Virus record (IMG/VR): IMGVR_UViG_3300033067_000382
Location: 1 to 36,899 of that record
Length of the DNA: 36,899 nt
Strand: one strand, 5' to 3'
Origin: a virus
Taxonomy: Duplodnaviria > Caudoviricetes
Shown: positions 6,854 to 15,979 of the stretch, in pieces
Layout: the number at the start of each line of letters is the position of its first letter
Position numbering within the stretch: position 1 is the first letter of the stretch
Program-made: the position numbers and the translations under genes
The notes under the pieces: generated by a model
What the model was told of the DNA's origin: nothing
What the model saw: the letters and a program-made list of their open reading frames with translations, nothing else
The model's database searches: none

Positions 6854-7001
6854 GTACATAGTATATTACTGGAAACACAAGAATGACGATTGTATCGATT
6901 GCGAAAAGATAATCGAAGCATTGAATTTTGATGCAGCATATAACCATTTTAGAAGTAAAAACCCATTTGTAAAAATTAGAGAAATAAAAGAATTAATATG
7001 A
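6846..7001 (+). CDS. Small hypothetical protein (51 aa, not in track)
   Basis: MNKYIVYYWKHKNDDCIDCEK.., with ends overlapping both neighbours. Confidence 0.5.
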   Translation: MNKYIVYYWKHKNDDCIDCEKIIEALNFDAAYNHFRSKNPFVKIREIKELI

Positions 7002-7114
7002 AACTAACAATAGAAATTATTAACGGCAAATGGCACGTTAACGGAAAACTTTTAAGTGAGTTAAATCCAAACGAAAAAAATGCTTTGGATCAATTTATTA
7101 AATCTTACGAATAA
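6998..7114 (+). CDS. Small hypothetical protein (38 aa, not in track)
   Basis: MKLTIEIINGKWHVNGK.., with ATGA and TAATG couplings. Confidence 0.5.
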   Translation: MKLTIEIINGKWHVNGKLLSELNPNEKNALDQFIKSYE

Positions 7115-7344
7115 TGACATATTTAGATGAACAAATCGGAAAAACCGAACAGTTGAAAACACCGAAACACTACGACAATTCAAAAGGTAGTATTTACCAA
7201 TTTTGCGAAAATCAAAACCTTAATTCTTACGAATTTGATATTATTAAAAGAGTTGTAAGATGTCGCAAAAAAGGAAACTTTAAAGAAGATTTACAAAAAA
7301 CAAAATTATTAATCGATTTATATTTAAGTGAGTATGATAACTAA
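7114..7344 (+). CDS. DUF3310-like phage protein
   Basis: PKHY ... IKRVVRCRKKG..EDLQK pattern. Confidence 0.7.
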   Translation: MTYLDEQIGKTEQLKTPKHYDNSKGSIYQFCENQNLNSYEFDIIKRVVRCRKKGNFKEDLQKTKLLIDLYLSEYDN

Positions 7345-7561
7345 AGATTTACAACTTAAAACTATTGCGGTTTGCTCCGATTTACTTTTAGAAGCTATTG
7401 ACGATGGCAGACCGCTTAACGAAAATGGCATACTTTTAAAAAAACTACTTGAAAAGCAATTAGAAGCCATTTACAGCCACGAAGTAGTAAGAAATAATGA
7501 AGCATACCAAGAAACAAAAAACAGGGTTTTATATAACATTAACGCACATTTTAAAATATGA
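7334..7561 (+). CDS. Hypothetical protein
   Basis: ORF coupled by ATGA to the methyltransferase gene. Confidence 0.6.
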   Translation: MITKDLQLKTIAVCSDLLLEAIDDGRPLNENGILLKKLLEKQLEAIYSHEVVRNNEAYQETKNRVLYNINAHFKI

Positions 7562-8223
7562 AAATATTAAATTTATACGCTTGTTTAGGTGGTAATAGGC
7601 TAAAGTGGGACGAAGTAGCAAAAGAAGCTAATATTGAAATTGAAGTTACAGCAGTTGAATTAGACGAAGAAGCTGCAAAATTGTATCAAGAGAGATTTCC
7701 AAATGATAAAGTAATAGTAGCAGATGCACACCAATATTTGTTAGATAACTTTAAAGAGTTTGATTTTATTTGGAGTTCTCCGCCTTGCCCGAGTCATAGT
7801 AAAGTAAGAATAACACAAAAGACAAGAGAAAACTTTAAATTCTTATATCCTGATTTAAAGTTGTATGAAGAAGTTATTTTTTTAGATAATTTTTTTAAAG
7901 GTAAATATGTAGTTGAAAATGTAACGCCTTATTATGAGCCATTAATACCCGCTAAAAAAAGAGGTCGCCATTTATATTGGACAAACTTTATTTTACCAAA
8001 TGACATTAATGAAAGAAAGTTAAACGGAATTTTATGTTCAATGGAAAACGAAGTTGATACACTTTGTGAATTTCACGATTACGATTTCAGAAAATACAAA
8101 GGTAAACAGTCAGTTCAAAAAATGGCACGTAATTTAGTTGACTACGAAGCAGGTAGAACAATTTTTGAAACATTTTTAGGAATAACAAAAAAAGCAAACG
8201 TTAAACAAACTGAATTATTTTAA
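7558..8223 (+). CDS. Compact C5-cytosine DNA methyltransferase
   Basis: LNLYACLGG (motif I variant), SPPCPSHS (motif IV) and ENV (motif VI). Confidence 0.85.
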   Translation: MKILNLYACLGGNRLKWDEVAKEANIEIEVTAVELDEEAAKLYQERFPNDKVIVADAHQYLLDNFKEFDFIWSSPPCPSHSKVRITQKTRENFKFLYPDLKLYEEVIFLDNFFKGKYVVENVTPYYEPLIPAKKRGRHLYWTNFILPNDINERKLNGILCSMENEVDTLCEFHDYDFRKYKGKQSVQKMARNLVDYEAGRTIFETFLGITKKANVKQTELF

Positions 8224-8226
8224 AAT

Positions 8227-8460
8227 ATGAATTTATTAAGCACAAAACAAATTTGCGAAAAATTAAATATCAGTTACGATAAGTTCAGAACAATTTACAA
8301 AAAAGCAAATATTAAACCAGTTGATAAAGTTTTTAAAAACAAAAGTTATGAAAACTTTTACGATTTTAACGAGGTTTTAACAGCCTTCATACAAGATAGT
8401 AGAACAGTTGTAATAACAGAAGTTTACCACATTTACGAATCAAAGATGAATTATGAATAA
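8227..8460 (+). CDS. HTH DNA-binding protein (Xis/MerR-like)
   Basis: LLSTKQICEKLNISYDKFRTI. Confidence 0.55.
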   Translation: MNLLSTKQICEKLNISYDKFRTIYKKANIKPVDKVFKNKSYENFYDFNEVLTAFIQDSRTVVITEVYHIYESKMNYE

Positions 8461-8644
8461 TAAACTAAAAGAAATTTTCTTAAAAGAGGGAATCAGCCAA
8501 AGAGAATTTGCAAAAGAAACTGAAATAAGCTACTCACATTTAAACCACATTTTAAATAATCAGGTAGTTTGCTCTTTTGAAACCTTGCAGAAAGCTTGTA
8601 AAAAATTAAATTACAAAATAAATGTCGAAATTATCGAAGCGTAA
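8453..8644 (+). CDS. XRE-family HTH regulator
   Basis: GISQREFAKETEISYSHLNHILN. Confidence 0.8.
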   Translation: MNNKLKEIFLKEGISQREFAKETEISYSHLNHILNNQVVCSFETLQKACKKLNYKINVEIIEA

Positions 8645-8795
8645 AAGCATAGTTTTAGTAGGTAAGCGAATTGATACAGCCTACGAGCGTCAAAAGAACA
8701 TGGTATTAACAGCTAAAGAAGTTTTAGATCAAGTTAAAGAAATGAATCACATAAAAAATAAACCGGTACGTTATGACATTAAGAGAAAAGTTTGA
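8622..8795 (+). CDS. Small basic hypothetical protein (57 aa, not in track)
   Basis: MSKLSKRKSIVLVGKRIDTAYERQK.., filling the gap between ORFs. Confidence 0.45.
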   Translation: MSKLSKRKSIVLVGKRIDTAYERQKNMVLTAKEVLDQVKEMNHIKNKPVRYDIKRKV

Positions 8796-8955
8796 TTGGT
8801 ATTTATCTGGTGGAGAAGATTGTCCAGAATCAATAGAATGCGAACAAATAGCAGATGATTACGCTATTGATTTTGGTAGATGGTTAAATGAAAATGATGG
8901 AGCATGTAGCTATGCTGAATTATTAGAAATCTTCAAAAAAGAAAAAGGATTATGA
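8773..8955 (+). CDS. Hypothetical phage protein
   Basis: 60 aa ORF, ATGA-coupled to the next gene. Confidence 0.6.
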   Translation: MTLREKFDWYLSGGEDCPESIECEQIADDYAIDFGRWLNENDGACSYAELLEIFKKEKGL

Positions 8956-9155
8956 AACAAACAGCAGTAGAATGGTTAATTAAAGAAATTCCGAGTGTGG
9001 ATTGGAAAAATTCATATTGGGAAAATATATTAGAAAAAGCCAAAGAAATGGAAAAGGAACAGATTATTAAATCAGTACAAGATGCTAATGCCACTTATTT
9101 TTGGGTAAAATATGAAGGTTCAGAAGATTATTATAATAAAACATATAAAAAATGA
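8952..9155 (+). CDS. MKQTAVEWL/EKEQI-type small phage protein
   Basis: MKQTAVEWL..AKEMEKEQII..YYNKTY. Confidence 0.7.
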   Translation: MKQTAVEWLIKEIPSVDWKNSYWENILEKAKEMEKEQIIKSVQDANATYFWVKYEGSEDYYNKTYKK

Positions 9156-9274
9156 AAACACCTGAACAACGCTTTGAACAAATAAAAAGAATTATGCGTA
9201 AACTCGAAAAAAGAGGGCAGAATAACGAAAAAATTAATAGTGAATATAAAAAACTTTTGAAAAATGTTTCATAA
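9152..9274 (+). CDS. Small hypothetical protein (40 aa, not in track)
   Basis: MKTPEQRFEQIKRIMRKLEKRG.., ATGA-coupled. Confidence 0.45.
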   Translation: MKTPEQRFEQIKRIMRKLEKRGQNNEKINSEYKKLLKNVS

Positions 9275-10632
9275 CGAATTTTATCCTACTCCACAAGAAG
9301 CAATTGAATTAATGCAATTGGATTGCAAAGACAAAATTATATTAGAACCTTCTGCAGGTTTTGGACATATAGTTGAATATTTCCAAAACAACGGAGCTAA
9401 AGAAGTTTTAGCAATTGAAATAAACGATAATTGTAGAGCTATTTTAAAAAATAAGTGTTCAATTATCGGAGGGGATTTTTTTGAGTGTAAACCAGAAGAA
9501 ATAAGCCATATAAATGCAATCTATATGAACCCCCCTTTTAGTAATGCAGACCGCCACATAATGCACGCATGGGATATTGCTCCAGAAGGTTGCGAAATTG
9601 TAGCACTTTGCAATTACGCTACAATTGAAAACAATTATGCACATAGACAATTAAGTAATCTAATTCGTGACTATGGTAGTGGTACTAATATTGGTGATTG
9701 CTTTTCAACTGCTGAAAGAAAAACAGGTATTGATATTGGATTAATTAGATTATTTAAACCGATATCTTCAACTGATTTTGAATTTGAAGGCTTTTTTATG
9801 GAAGAGGAAGAAGAAGAAATGCAAGGCGATGGAATTATGCAATATAATGAAGTTCGTGCTTTAGTTAATCGTTATGTAGGTACAATGAAACTATTTGATG
9901 CAATGCGTCAAAGTATTGATTCTGTTAATGCAATGACTAACCAAATTGGAATGAGTAGTATATCTTTAAGCATTGGTTACGATAAAACAATAACAGATAA
10001 AAAGTCTTTTGGTAAGTTGATCCAAAAACAATCGTGGAACCACATATTCCGAAAAATGAATATGAAAAAATATGTAACTTCTGGAGTAATGAAGGACATC
10101 AATAAGTTTGTTGAAACGCAAGAGAAAGTTCCTTTTACAATGCGTAATATTTACAAAATGTTTGAAATAATTGTTGGAACACGTCAAGAAACTTTTAATA
10201 GAGCGTTAGAAGAAGCCGTTGATAATTTCACAAGATATACCCACGAGAACAGATTTGGAGTTGAAGGATGGAAAACCAATTCAGGTTATATGCTTAATAA
10301 AAAATTTATTGTTGATGGAATAGCTAAATTTGAATACAACAGACTTGATATAAGATATGATTCATTTGGAGGGCGTAAAAATAGACGATTTAACGAAAGT
10401 GCTATGTAACATTACAGCAATCAATTATAGTACAATAGGAGGGCTGTATGGATTCAATCGTGATAAGTTTGCATTAGTTGCTAATACTTGGTATGAGTTC
10501 GGATTCTTTGAAGTAAAATTTTTCAAAAAAGGAACGGCACACTTTAAATTTAAAAACGATAACGACTGGTATTTGCTTAATAAAGCATACGGAGAACTGA
10601 AAGGATTTTCACTTCCTGAAAATTATAAATAA
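9264..10632 (+). CDS. Adenine DNA methyltransferase fused to a DUF4942-like domain, split by a frameshift near 10377-10381
   Basis: FYPTP, LEPSAGFG and MNPPF motifs. The C-terminal FFEVKFFKKGTAHFKF segment lies in the overlapping ORF 10357-10632. Confidence 0.75.
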
Positions 10633-10645
10633 AAAATAGTATTAA

Positions 10646-10717
10646 ATGGAAATAACAAATAAAATAACAATAACAAATGAAGATAATATGGCTTTAATGG
10701 CACGTTATCCATTTTAA
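10646..10717 (+). pseudogene. Orphaned 5' fragment of the 11236 methyltransferase gene
   Basis: MEITNKITITNEDNMALMARYPF* aligns with MQITDKIYIENCDNMELMKRYPD. Confidence 0.75.
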
Positions 10718-10741
10718 TTAGGATATATGGTTTTTATTTTG

Positions 10742-10749
10742 TACATTTG
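10742..10749 (+). promoter_or_regulatory. TAnnTTTG element directly before the HNH gene
   Basis: TACATTTG. Confidence 0.45.
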
Positions 10750-10753
10750 ATTT

Positions 10754-11245
10754 ATGAAAAAAACTAAAGAAGAAATATTAGCGAGAAAAGCGGAATTAGC
10801 AAGGATTAGATATAACCTTCCAAATTCAAAACAAAAGCAAAAGCAAAAAGAGTATAGACAAAAAAATCTTGAAGCCTATAATATTTATAGAAATAATTAT
10901 AGAACAAAAAACGCAAGAGGAATTTTTGATGTATTAAAACAAAGTGCTAAAAAAAGAGAAATTGATTTTTTATTAAATAGAGATGATTTTGAATTATGGT
11001 ATAATTCAACTGAAAAGAAATGTTTTTATTGCGAAAGAAGCGAAGAAGATGTTTTAAAAACTGATAAAATTATGCAAGTAAAATGCAATAGACTTACTAT
11101 TGATAGAGTGGATAATTTAATAGGGTATTTAGAAAATAATTTAGTTTTATGTTGTAAAAGATGTAATGCTATTAAAAGTGATTTTTTTAGCAAAGATGAA
11201 ATGTTATTAATAGGAAAAATAATTAAAAATAAATTATGCAAATAA
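10754..11245 (+). CDS. HNH-like (zinc-binding) homing endonuclease
   Basis: CFYC ... IDRVDNLIGYLENNLVLCCKRCNAIKS, with a basic N-terminus. Confidence 0.8.
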   Translation: MKKTKEEILARKAELARIRYNLPNSKQKQKQKEYRQKNLEAYNIYRNNYRTKNARGIFDVLKQSAKKREIDFLLNRDDFELWYNSTEKKCFYCERSEEDVLKTDKIMQVKCNRLTIDRVDNLIGYLENNLVLCCKRCNAIKSDFFSKDEMLLIGKIIKNKLCK

Positions 11246-11877
11246 CGGATAAAATTTATATAGAAAATTGCGATAATATGGAGCTGATGAAAAGATACCC
11301 TGATGGCTATTTTGACTTGGCGATAGTTGATCCGCCTTATAAAATTGCATCACAACAAAAAAGAGGTGTTGGTTCAAGGATTGATAAATCTGGAAAAATG
11401 AATAAATGGAATAACGAACTACCAACAAAAGAATATTTTAATGAATTATTTAGGGTTTCAAAAAATCAGATTATATGGGGCGCAAACAATTACGAAGGTT
11501 TACCAAGAACTGAATATTTTACAATTTGGAACAAAGAGCAAACAGTTGAAAATTTTGCTTCTCTTGAGTATGCTTGGGTAAGTATGGGGATAGGTAAGCC
11601 TGCAAAAATGTACACTTATTCAATACATCAACATAACCATACTAAAGGCGAAAAAATACATCCAACAATGAAACCAGTTCAGTTATATAAATATCTTTTA
11701 GATAACTACGCAAAGCAAGGTGATAAAATACTTGACACGCATTTGGGTTCGATGTCAATAGCGATTGCGTGTGCTGATTATGGTTTTGAGCTAGTTGGTT
11801 GCGAACTTGACCCTGATTATTATAATGCTGGAATAAAAAGAATAAAAAATCACATTTCACAACAAAAACTTTTTTAA
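11236..11877 (+). CDS. N6-adenine/N4-cytosine DNA methyltransferase (beta class)
   Basis: DPPY, IHPTMKP and DTHLGSMS motifs. Confidence 0.9.
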   Translation: MQITDKIYIENCDNMELMKRYPDGYFDLAIVDPPYKIASQQKRGVGSRIDKSGKMNKWNNELPTKEYFNELFRVSKNQIIWGANNYEGLPRTEYFTIWNKEQTVENFASLEYAWVSMGIGKPAKMYTYSIHQHNHTKGEKIHPTMKPVQLYKYLLDNYAKQGDKILDTHLGSMSIAIACADYGFELVGCELDPDYYNAGIKRIKNHISQQKLF

Positions 11878-11892
11878 TTAACAAAAAAACGT

Positions 11893-11900
11893 TATATTTG
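11893..11900 (+). promoter_or_regulatory. TAnnTTTG element for the recombination operon
   Basis: TATATTTG 22 bp before ATG 11923. Confidence 0.5.
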
Positions 11901-11922
11901 CATAACTTTAAAAATCAAAATT

Positions 11923-12444
11923 ATGGAAACACAAACAGATTGGAGAAAATTTAGAAAATCAACACATTTAGCAAGTGCCGATTTAGACGCACTTGAAACT
12001 GATGGTAAAAAATTAATTTTTACTATTAAAGAAGTAAAATACGAAACAGGTGTTGATGTTTCAGGAACTAAAATGGATGGTATATTTTGCTATTTTATTG
12101 AAGCTATTAAACCATTAAAATTAAATTCAACTAATAATAAAATATTAGCTGGCTTTGCAAAGAAAAACGGACTTATTGGTAAAGAATGTCACGTTATTGA
12201 AAATTGGAAAGGTATGGTAATTGAATTGTACGTTGATAGAAATGTAAAAATGATGGGTGCTATTACAGATGGTGTGCGTATTAGACCTATACAACCAACT
12301 ATTAATAAAGTTTTACCTAACTTTACAGAAGTTAATTTTGAAGCTGCTAAAAAGGCAAATGCTACAATAGAACAAATCAAAACAAAATATACAGTAACTA
12401 ACGAAATTGAAAAAAAATATGGAGAATATTGCACAACGAAGTAA
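11923..12444 (+). CDS. Recombination-module protein (possible ssDNA-annealing protein)
   Basis: Position directly before the exonuclease and SSB-like genes. Function inferred from synteny only. Confidence 0.45.
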   Translation: METQTDWRKFRKSTHLASADLDALETDGKKLIFTIKEVKYETGVDVSGTKMDGIFCYFIEAIKPLKLNSTNNKILAGFAKKNGLIGKECHVIENWKGMVIELYVDRNVKMMGAITDGVRIRPIQPTINKVLPNFTEVNFEAAKKANATIEQIKTKYTVTNEIEKKYGEYCTTK

Positions 12445-13039
12445 CGAATGGAAAAACCAAAGGTATGGTAAATTCACGGCATCGGAAATAATTAAAATAT
12501 TAGGCGTTCGTGGACTTGGTGAAACAGGTAAAAATTTTGCAATTGATAAAGCTATTGAAGAACTTTACGGAGAGTTTGAAGAAAACTACATTAGCTACGA
12601 TATGCAAAATGGAATTGATACAGAGCCGTTAGCTTTTGCGAAGTTTAAAGAATTGAAAGGACTTGAATTTTTAGAAGTAGAAAATTGTGGTTTCTTTAAT
12701 TTTGAAGAACACGCTGGAGCTTCTCCTGATGGTTTAGTTTCAGACAATGCAATTCTTGAAATTAAATGTCCCAAAAGTTCAACATTTTTTAAATTAGTTG
12801 CAACAAATGAAATTGATGCTAAATATTATGCACAGATGCAAATGCAAATGTTAGCTACAAATAGAAATAAAGCGTATTTCTTTAATTATTTAGTTCACGA
12901 GGGTACTGAATATTATCACGAAATTATAGTTGAACGTGATGAAGCTATGATTGAAAAAATAAAAGAACGATTAAAAGAAGTAATTGAAATTAAATTAGAT
13001 TATATTAACAAAATTAATACAAATAAACAATGGAAGTAA
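12419..13039 (+). CDS. YqaJ/lambda-exonuclease family protein
   Basis: QRSNEW..R.GKFTASE, GASPDGL, LEIKCP and YYAQMQMQM motifs. Confidence 0.9.
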   Translation: MENIAQRSNEWKNQRYGKFTASEIIKILGVRGLGETGKNFAIDKAIEELYGEFEENYISYDMQNGIDTEPLAFAKFKELKGLEFLEVENCGFFNFEEHAGASPDGLVSDNAILEIKCPKSSTFFKLVATNEIDAKYYAQMQMQMLATNRNKAYFFNYLVHEGTEYYHEIIVERDEAMIEKIKERLKEVIEIKLDYINKINTNKQWK

Positions 13040-13338
13040 TCGGAAGAATTAAAGTAATCAATGCAACACAAGAAGTGTCTGCAAGTTTTAAAAAGCGTGA
13101 ATTAGTAGTAACAACAAATGAGCAATATCCACAGCACATTTTAATCGAGTTCGGGCAAGACAAATGTAATATTTTGGACAACTACAAAGTAGGACAAGAA
13201 GTTGAAGTTTCAATTAATTTACGAGGGCGTGAATGGACAAATCCACAAGGCGAAACAAAGTATTTTAATTCGGTGCAAGGTTGGAAAATTAATGCAGTTG
13301 GAAGTAATGAGGAGCCGGTAGATGAAAGTCCCTATTAA
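13030..13338 (+). CDS. DUF3127-like OB-fold (SSB-like) protein
   Basis: FKKRELVV..QYPQ..INLRGREW..YFNSVQGWKI, with an acidic tail. Confidence 0.8.
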   Translation: MEVIGRIKVINATQEVSASFKKRELVVTTNEQYPQHILIEFGQDKCNILDNYKVGQEVEVSINLRGREWTNPQGETKYFNSVQGWKINAVGSNEEPVDESPY

Positions 13339-13382
13339 AGAACACCCGATGTTAAAACTTTTGGCATCAACATTTGATCTAC

Positions 13383-13416
13383 AAATCCCTAATTAATTTA
13401 GGGATTTTGTTTTTTG
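13383..13416 (+). terminator. Intrinsic terminator
   Basis: AAATCCCTAA-TTAAT-TTAGGGATTT followed by a T-rich tract. Confidence 0.7.
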
Positions 13417-13431
13417 TGTTGGTTTTTTTTG

Positions 13432-13439
13432 TATTTTTG
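13432..13439 (+). promoter_or_regulatory. TAnnTTTG element for the replication operon
   Basis: TATTTTTG directly before the structured leader. Confidence 0.5.
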
Positions 13440-13444
13440 TAAAA

Positions 13445-13538
13445 GTATTAAGGTAGGAGCTAATACAAACATAAAGACATTTAATCCATAATCGGGCGGG
13501 CGCTCCTACAATTAGCCCAAACGATTATGGATTTTTTA
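13445..13538 (+). ncRNA. Candidate structured leader RNA (two hairpins with complementary loops)
   Basis: The loop GTAGGAGC of stem GTATTA/TAATAC is the exact reverse complement of GCTCCTAC in the loop of stem AATCCATAATCG/CGATTATGGATT. Confidence 0.55.
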
Positions 13539-13557
13539 ATTTAAATTAATTATATTT

Positions 13558-13746
13558 ATGGAACACAAACAAAATTTAGAAACTTATGTTAATCAATCTA
13601 TTACTATAATAGAAGATGGAATGATGGTAAAAATAGAAGTATGTGATAATACTATTATTTCAAATATTACTATTACAAAAAAAGAACTACATTCTTTAAT
13701 AGGAACATTGCTTCACGTTCAACAAAAACTAAAGTCTAATGAATAA
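13558..13746 (+). CDS. Hypothetical protein
   Basis: 62 aa ORF overlapping the primase start. Confidence 0.55.
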   Translation: MEHKQNLETYVNQSITIIEDGMMVKIEVCDNTIISNITITKKELHSLIGTLLHVQQKLKSNE

Positions 13747-15979
13747 ATCAGTATTAAAAAAATTAGTTGATTGCGGTTTTTCTATTATTCCAGTTGATGA
13801 AAATAAATGTCCTATTGGTTTATGGAAAAAATACCAAACAGAATCAAGAACTAAAGAAGAAATTGACAACTTAAATTCTCCTTTATATGGATTAATAACA
13901 GGTTATAATAATCTTGAGGTTATTGATGTAGATTTAAAAGTTTTTTCTACTTTACAAGAACAAAATGACTTTTGGAATGAATATTTATCTTTTTTAAAAG
14001 ACAATATTGATGACTTTGACTTAAAGTTTGTTGTTTATAAAACTAAAAGACAAGGTTATCATATACTTTATAGATGTGATAAAATACAAGGTAATACAAA
14101 AATTGCAAGGTTAAAAGAACATAAAGAAGCAATTATTGAAAGTCGTGGAATAGGGGGAATGGTTGTAATATATGAAAATAAAATATCTAAACTTTCATAT
14201 TCAGAAATACAAACAATTTCAGATAGAGATAGGGATATAGTTTGGTCAATTTCTAAAACATATAATCATATTGAAGAAAATACAATTGAAGTACCTAAAA
14301 TTAAACAAGCTACTTTTAACGATGCAATTATTAAGCCTTGGGATGATTACAATCAAAAGGTATCAATTTTTGATATTATTAGCGATGATGTAAAAGTTGT
14401 TAGAAACTTAAATGATAAATATATTATTAAAAGGATAGGTTCAGAAAATCCTACAAGTGGTAGTGTTTTTAAATCTAATGGATGTATGTACCTTTTTAGC
14501 ACTGGAACAATATACCCACATGAAAAATTAATAACTCCTTTTATTGCATACACTTATAAATACCATAACGGAAATTTTACAGAATCAGCCTCTAAAATAT
14601 ATAAAGATGGATTTGGTACAAGGGTTGTAAAAAAAGAAGTTGAAATTGAAAAAAGAGAGTTACCAAAAATTAATGAAAGTGATTTAATTTTTCCTATTGA
14701 TATTTTTCCAAAACCGATCCAATCTTATATTTTAGAATGTAACGAAACTTTAGATAGTTCTATTGATTATATGGGTTGTTCTATGTTGTGGCTAATTTCT
14801 GTTATAGTTGGTAATTCAATCCAGATTGAAGTAAAAAAAGGATGGAATGAAACCGCTACTATTTGGCTTGCAGTTGTTGGTAAAGCTGGACTTGGTAAAA
14901 CTCCTTCAATTCATAATATTATAAAACCTTTACTTTCAGCTAATAATAAAGAAATAAAAAACTATATTAAACAATCTGAAAAGTATGAGTATTATGAAAA
15001 ACTTTCAGCTAAAGAAAAAAAAGAACACGAAGAAATACACAAGCCTACAAAGTCGCAATTTATTGCAAATGATATTACTATTGAAGCATTAGTTGAATTG
15101 CACCAAGAAAATAAAAATAGTATTGGAGTTTTTAAAGATGAACTTGCTGGATGGTTTAAAGATATGAATAAATATCGTGAGGGTTCAGATTTGGAGTTTT
15201 GGCTATCTACTTGGAGCGGTAAAGCAATTTCATTAAATAGGAAAACAGCTAAAAGTTCTTTTGTTGATAAACCTTTAGTTTCTGTTTTGGGTGGTATTCA
15301 GCCAAGTATATTAAATTCTTTTTATACAGAGGATAATAAAGATAATGGTTTTATGGATAGGATGCTTTTAACATACCCAAATTTAGATATTGACAAATGG
15401 AATGACAAAGAAATGAATTACGATACTATACAATGGTATAATGATAGTATTATTTCTTTTTATGAAACTATAAAACACAATGTAGTAGAATTTAATGAGG
15501 ATGGGGATGTAAATCCAAAAATTGCAAAAATACCTTTAGAGAGCAAAAAAGAATGGATAAGAGTTTTTAATGAGTACACCGATATTCAAAATTCGGATGA
15601 AGAAAATGAGTATATGAAATCAATGTTACCAAAACAAAAATCTTATATCCCAAGATTTGCTTTATTAATAAATGCTTTTAATAGTTTCTTCGATACTGAA
15701 TATAAAACAGATGCTTTAACAATTAGTAAAGAATCTATTTTATCGGCTGAAAAACTATCAAAATATTTTGTTGCAATGGCTAAAAAAATTAAAGTAAATT
15801 CTATTGAAACAAACGAAATAAAAACTATTATTCAGTCAAATAAAAACAAAACAACAAAGGAACAATTTAAAGAATTGTATAAAATAAATCCAAATTTAAA
15901 TAAAAAAGAAGTTTCTGAAAATTTAGGCGTTTCAGTTCAAATGATTTATAAATATATAAAAGAAATACAAAAGGTTTAA
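13739..15979 (+). CDS. Bifunctional primase-polymerase with DUF3987-like P-loop domain and C-terminal HTH
   Basis: VIDVD and KTKRQGYHILY (Prim-Pol), GKAGLGKT, KDELAGW and GFMDRML motifs, then EVSENLGVSVQMIYKY. Confidence 0.85.
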   Translation: MNKSVLKKLVDCGFSIIPVDENKCPIGLWKKYQTESRTKEEIDNLNSPLYGLITGYNNLEVIDVDLKVFSTLQEQNDFWNEYLSFLKDNIDDFDLKFVVYKTKRQGYHILYRCDKIQGNTKIARLKEHKEAIIESRGIGGMVVIYENKISKLSYSEIQTISDRDRDIVWSISKTYNHIEENTIEVPKIKQATFNDAIIKPWDDYNQKVSIFDIISDDVKVVRNLNDKYIIKRIGSENPTSGSVFKSNGCMYLFSTGTIYPHEKLITPFIAYTYKYHNGNFTESASKIYKDGFGTRVVKKEVEIEKRELPKINESDLIFPIDIFPKPIQSYILECNETLDSSIDYMGCSMLWLISVIVGNSIQIEVKKGWNETATIWLAVVGKAGLGKTPSIHNIIKPLLSANNKEIKNYIKQSEKYEYYEKLSAKEKKEHEEIHKPTKSQFIANDITIEALVELHQENKNSIGVFKDELAGWFKDMNKYREGSDLEFWLSTWSGKAISLNRKTAKSSFVDKPLVSVLGGIQPSILNSFYTEDNKDNGFMDRMLLTYPNLDIDKWNDKEMNYDTIQWYNDSIISFYETIKHNVVEFNEDGDVNPKIAKIPLESKKEWIRVFNEYTDIQNSDEENEYMKSMLPKQKSYIPRFALLINAFNSFFDTEYKTDALTISKESILSAEKLSKYFVAMAKKIKVNSIETNEIKTIIQSNKNKTTKEQFKELYKINPNLNKKEVSENLGVSVQMIYKYIKEIQKV

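Noticed and set aside
8227-8644. Lysogeny module (repressor/excisionase)
   Set aside because: HTH proteins are present, but there is no integrase or partitioning gene, so a temperate lifestyle is not supported from the sequence.
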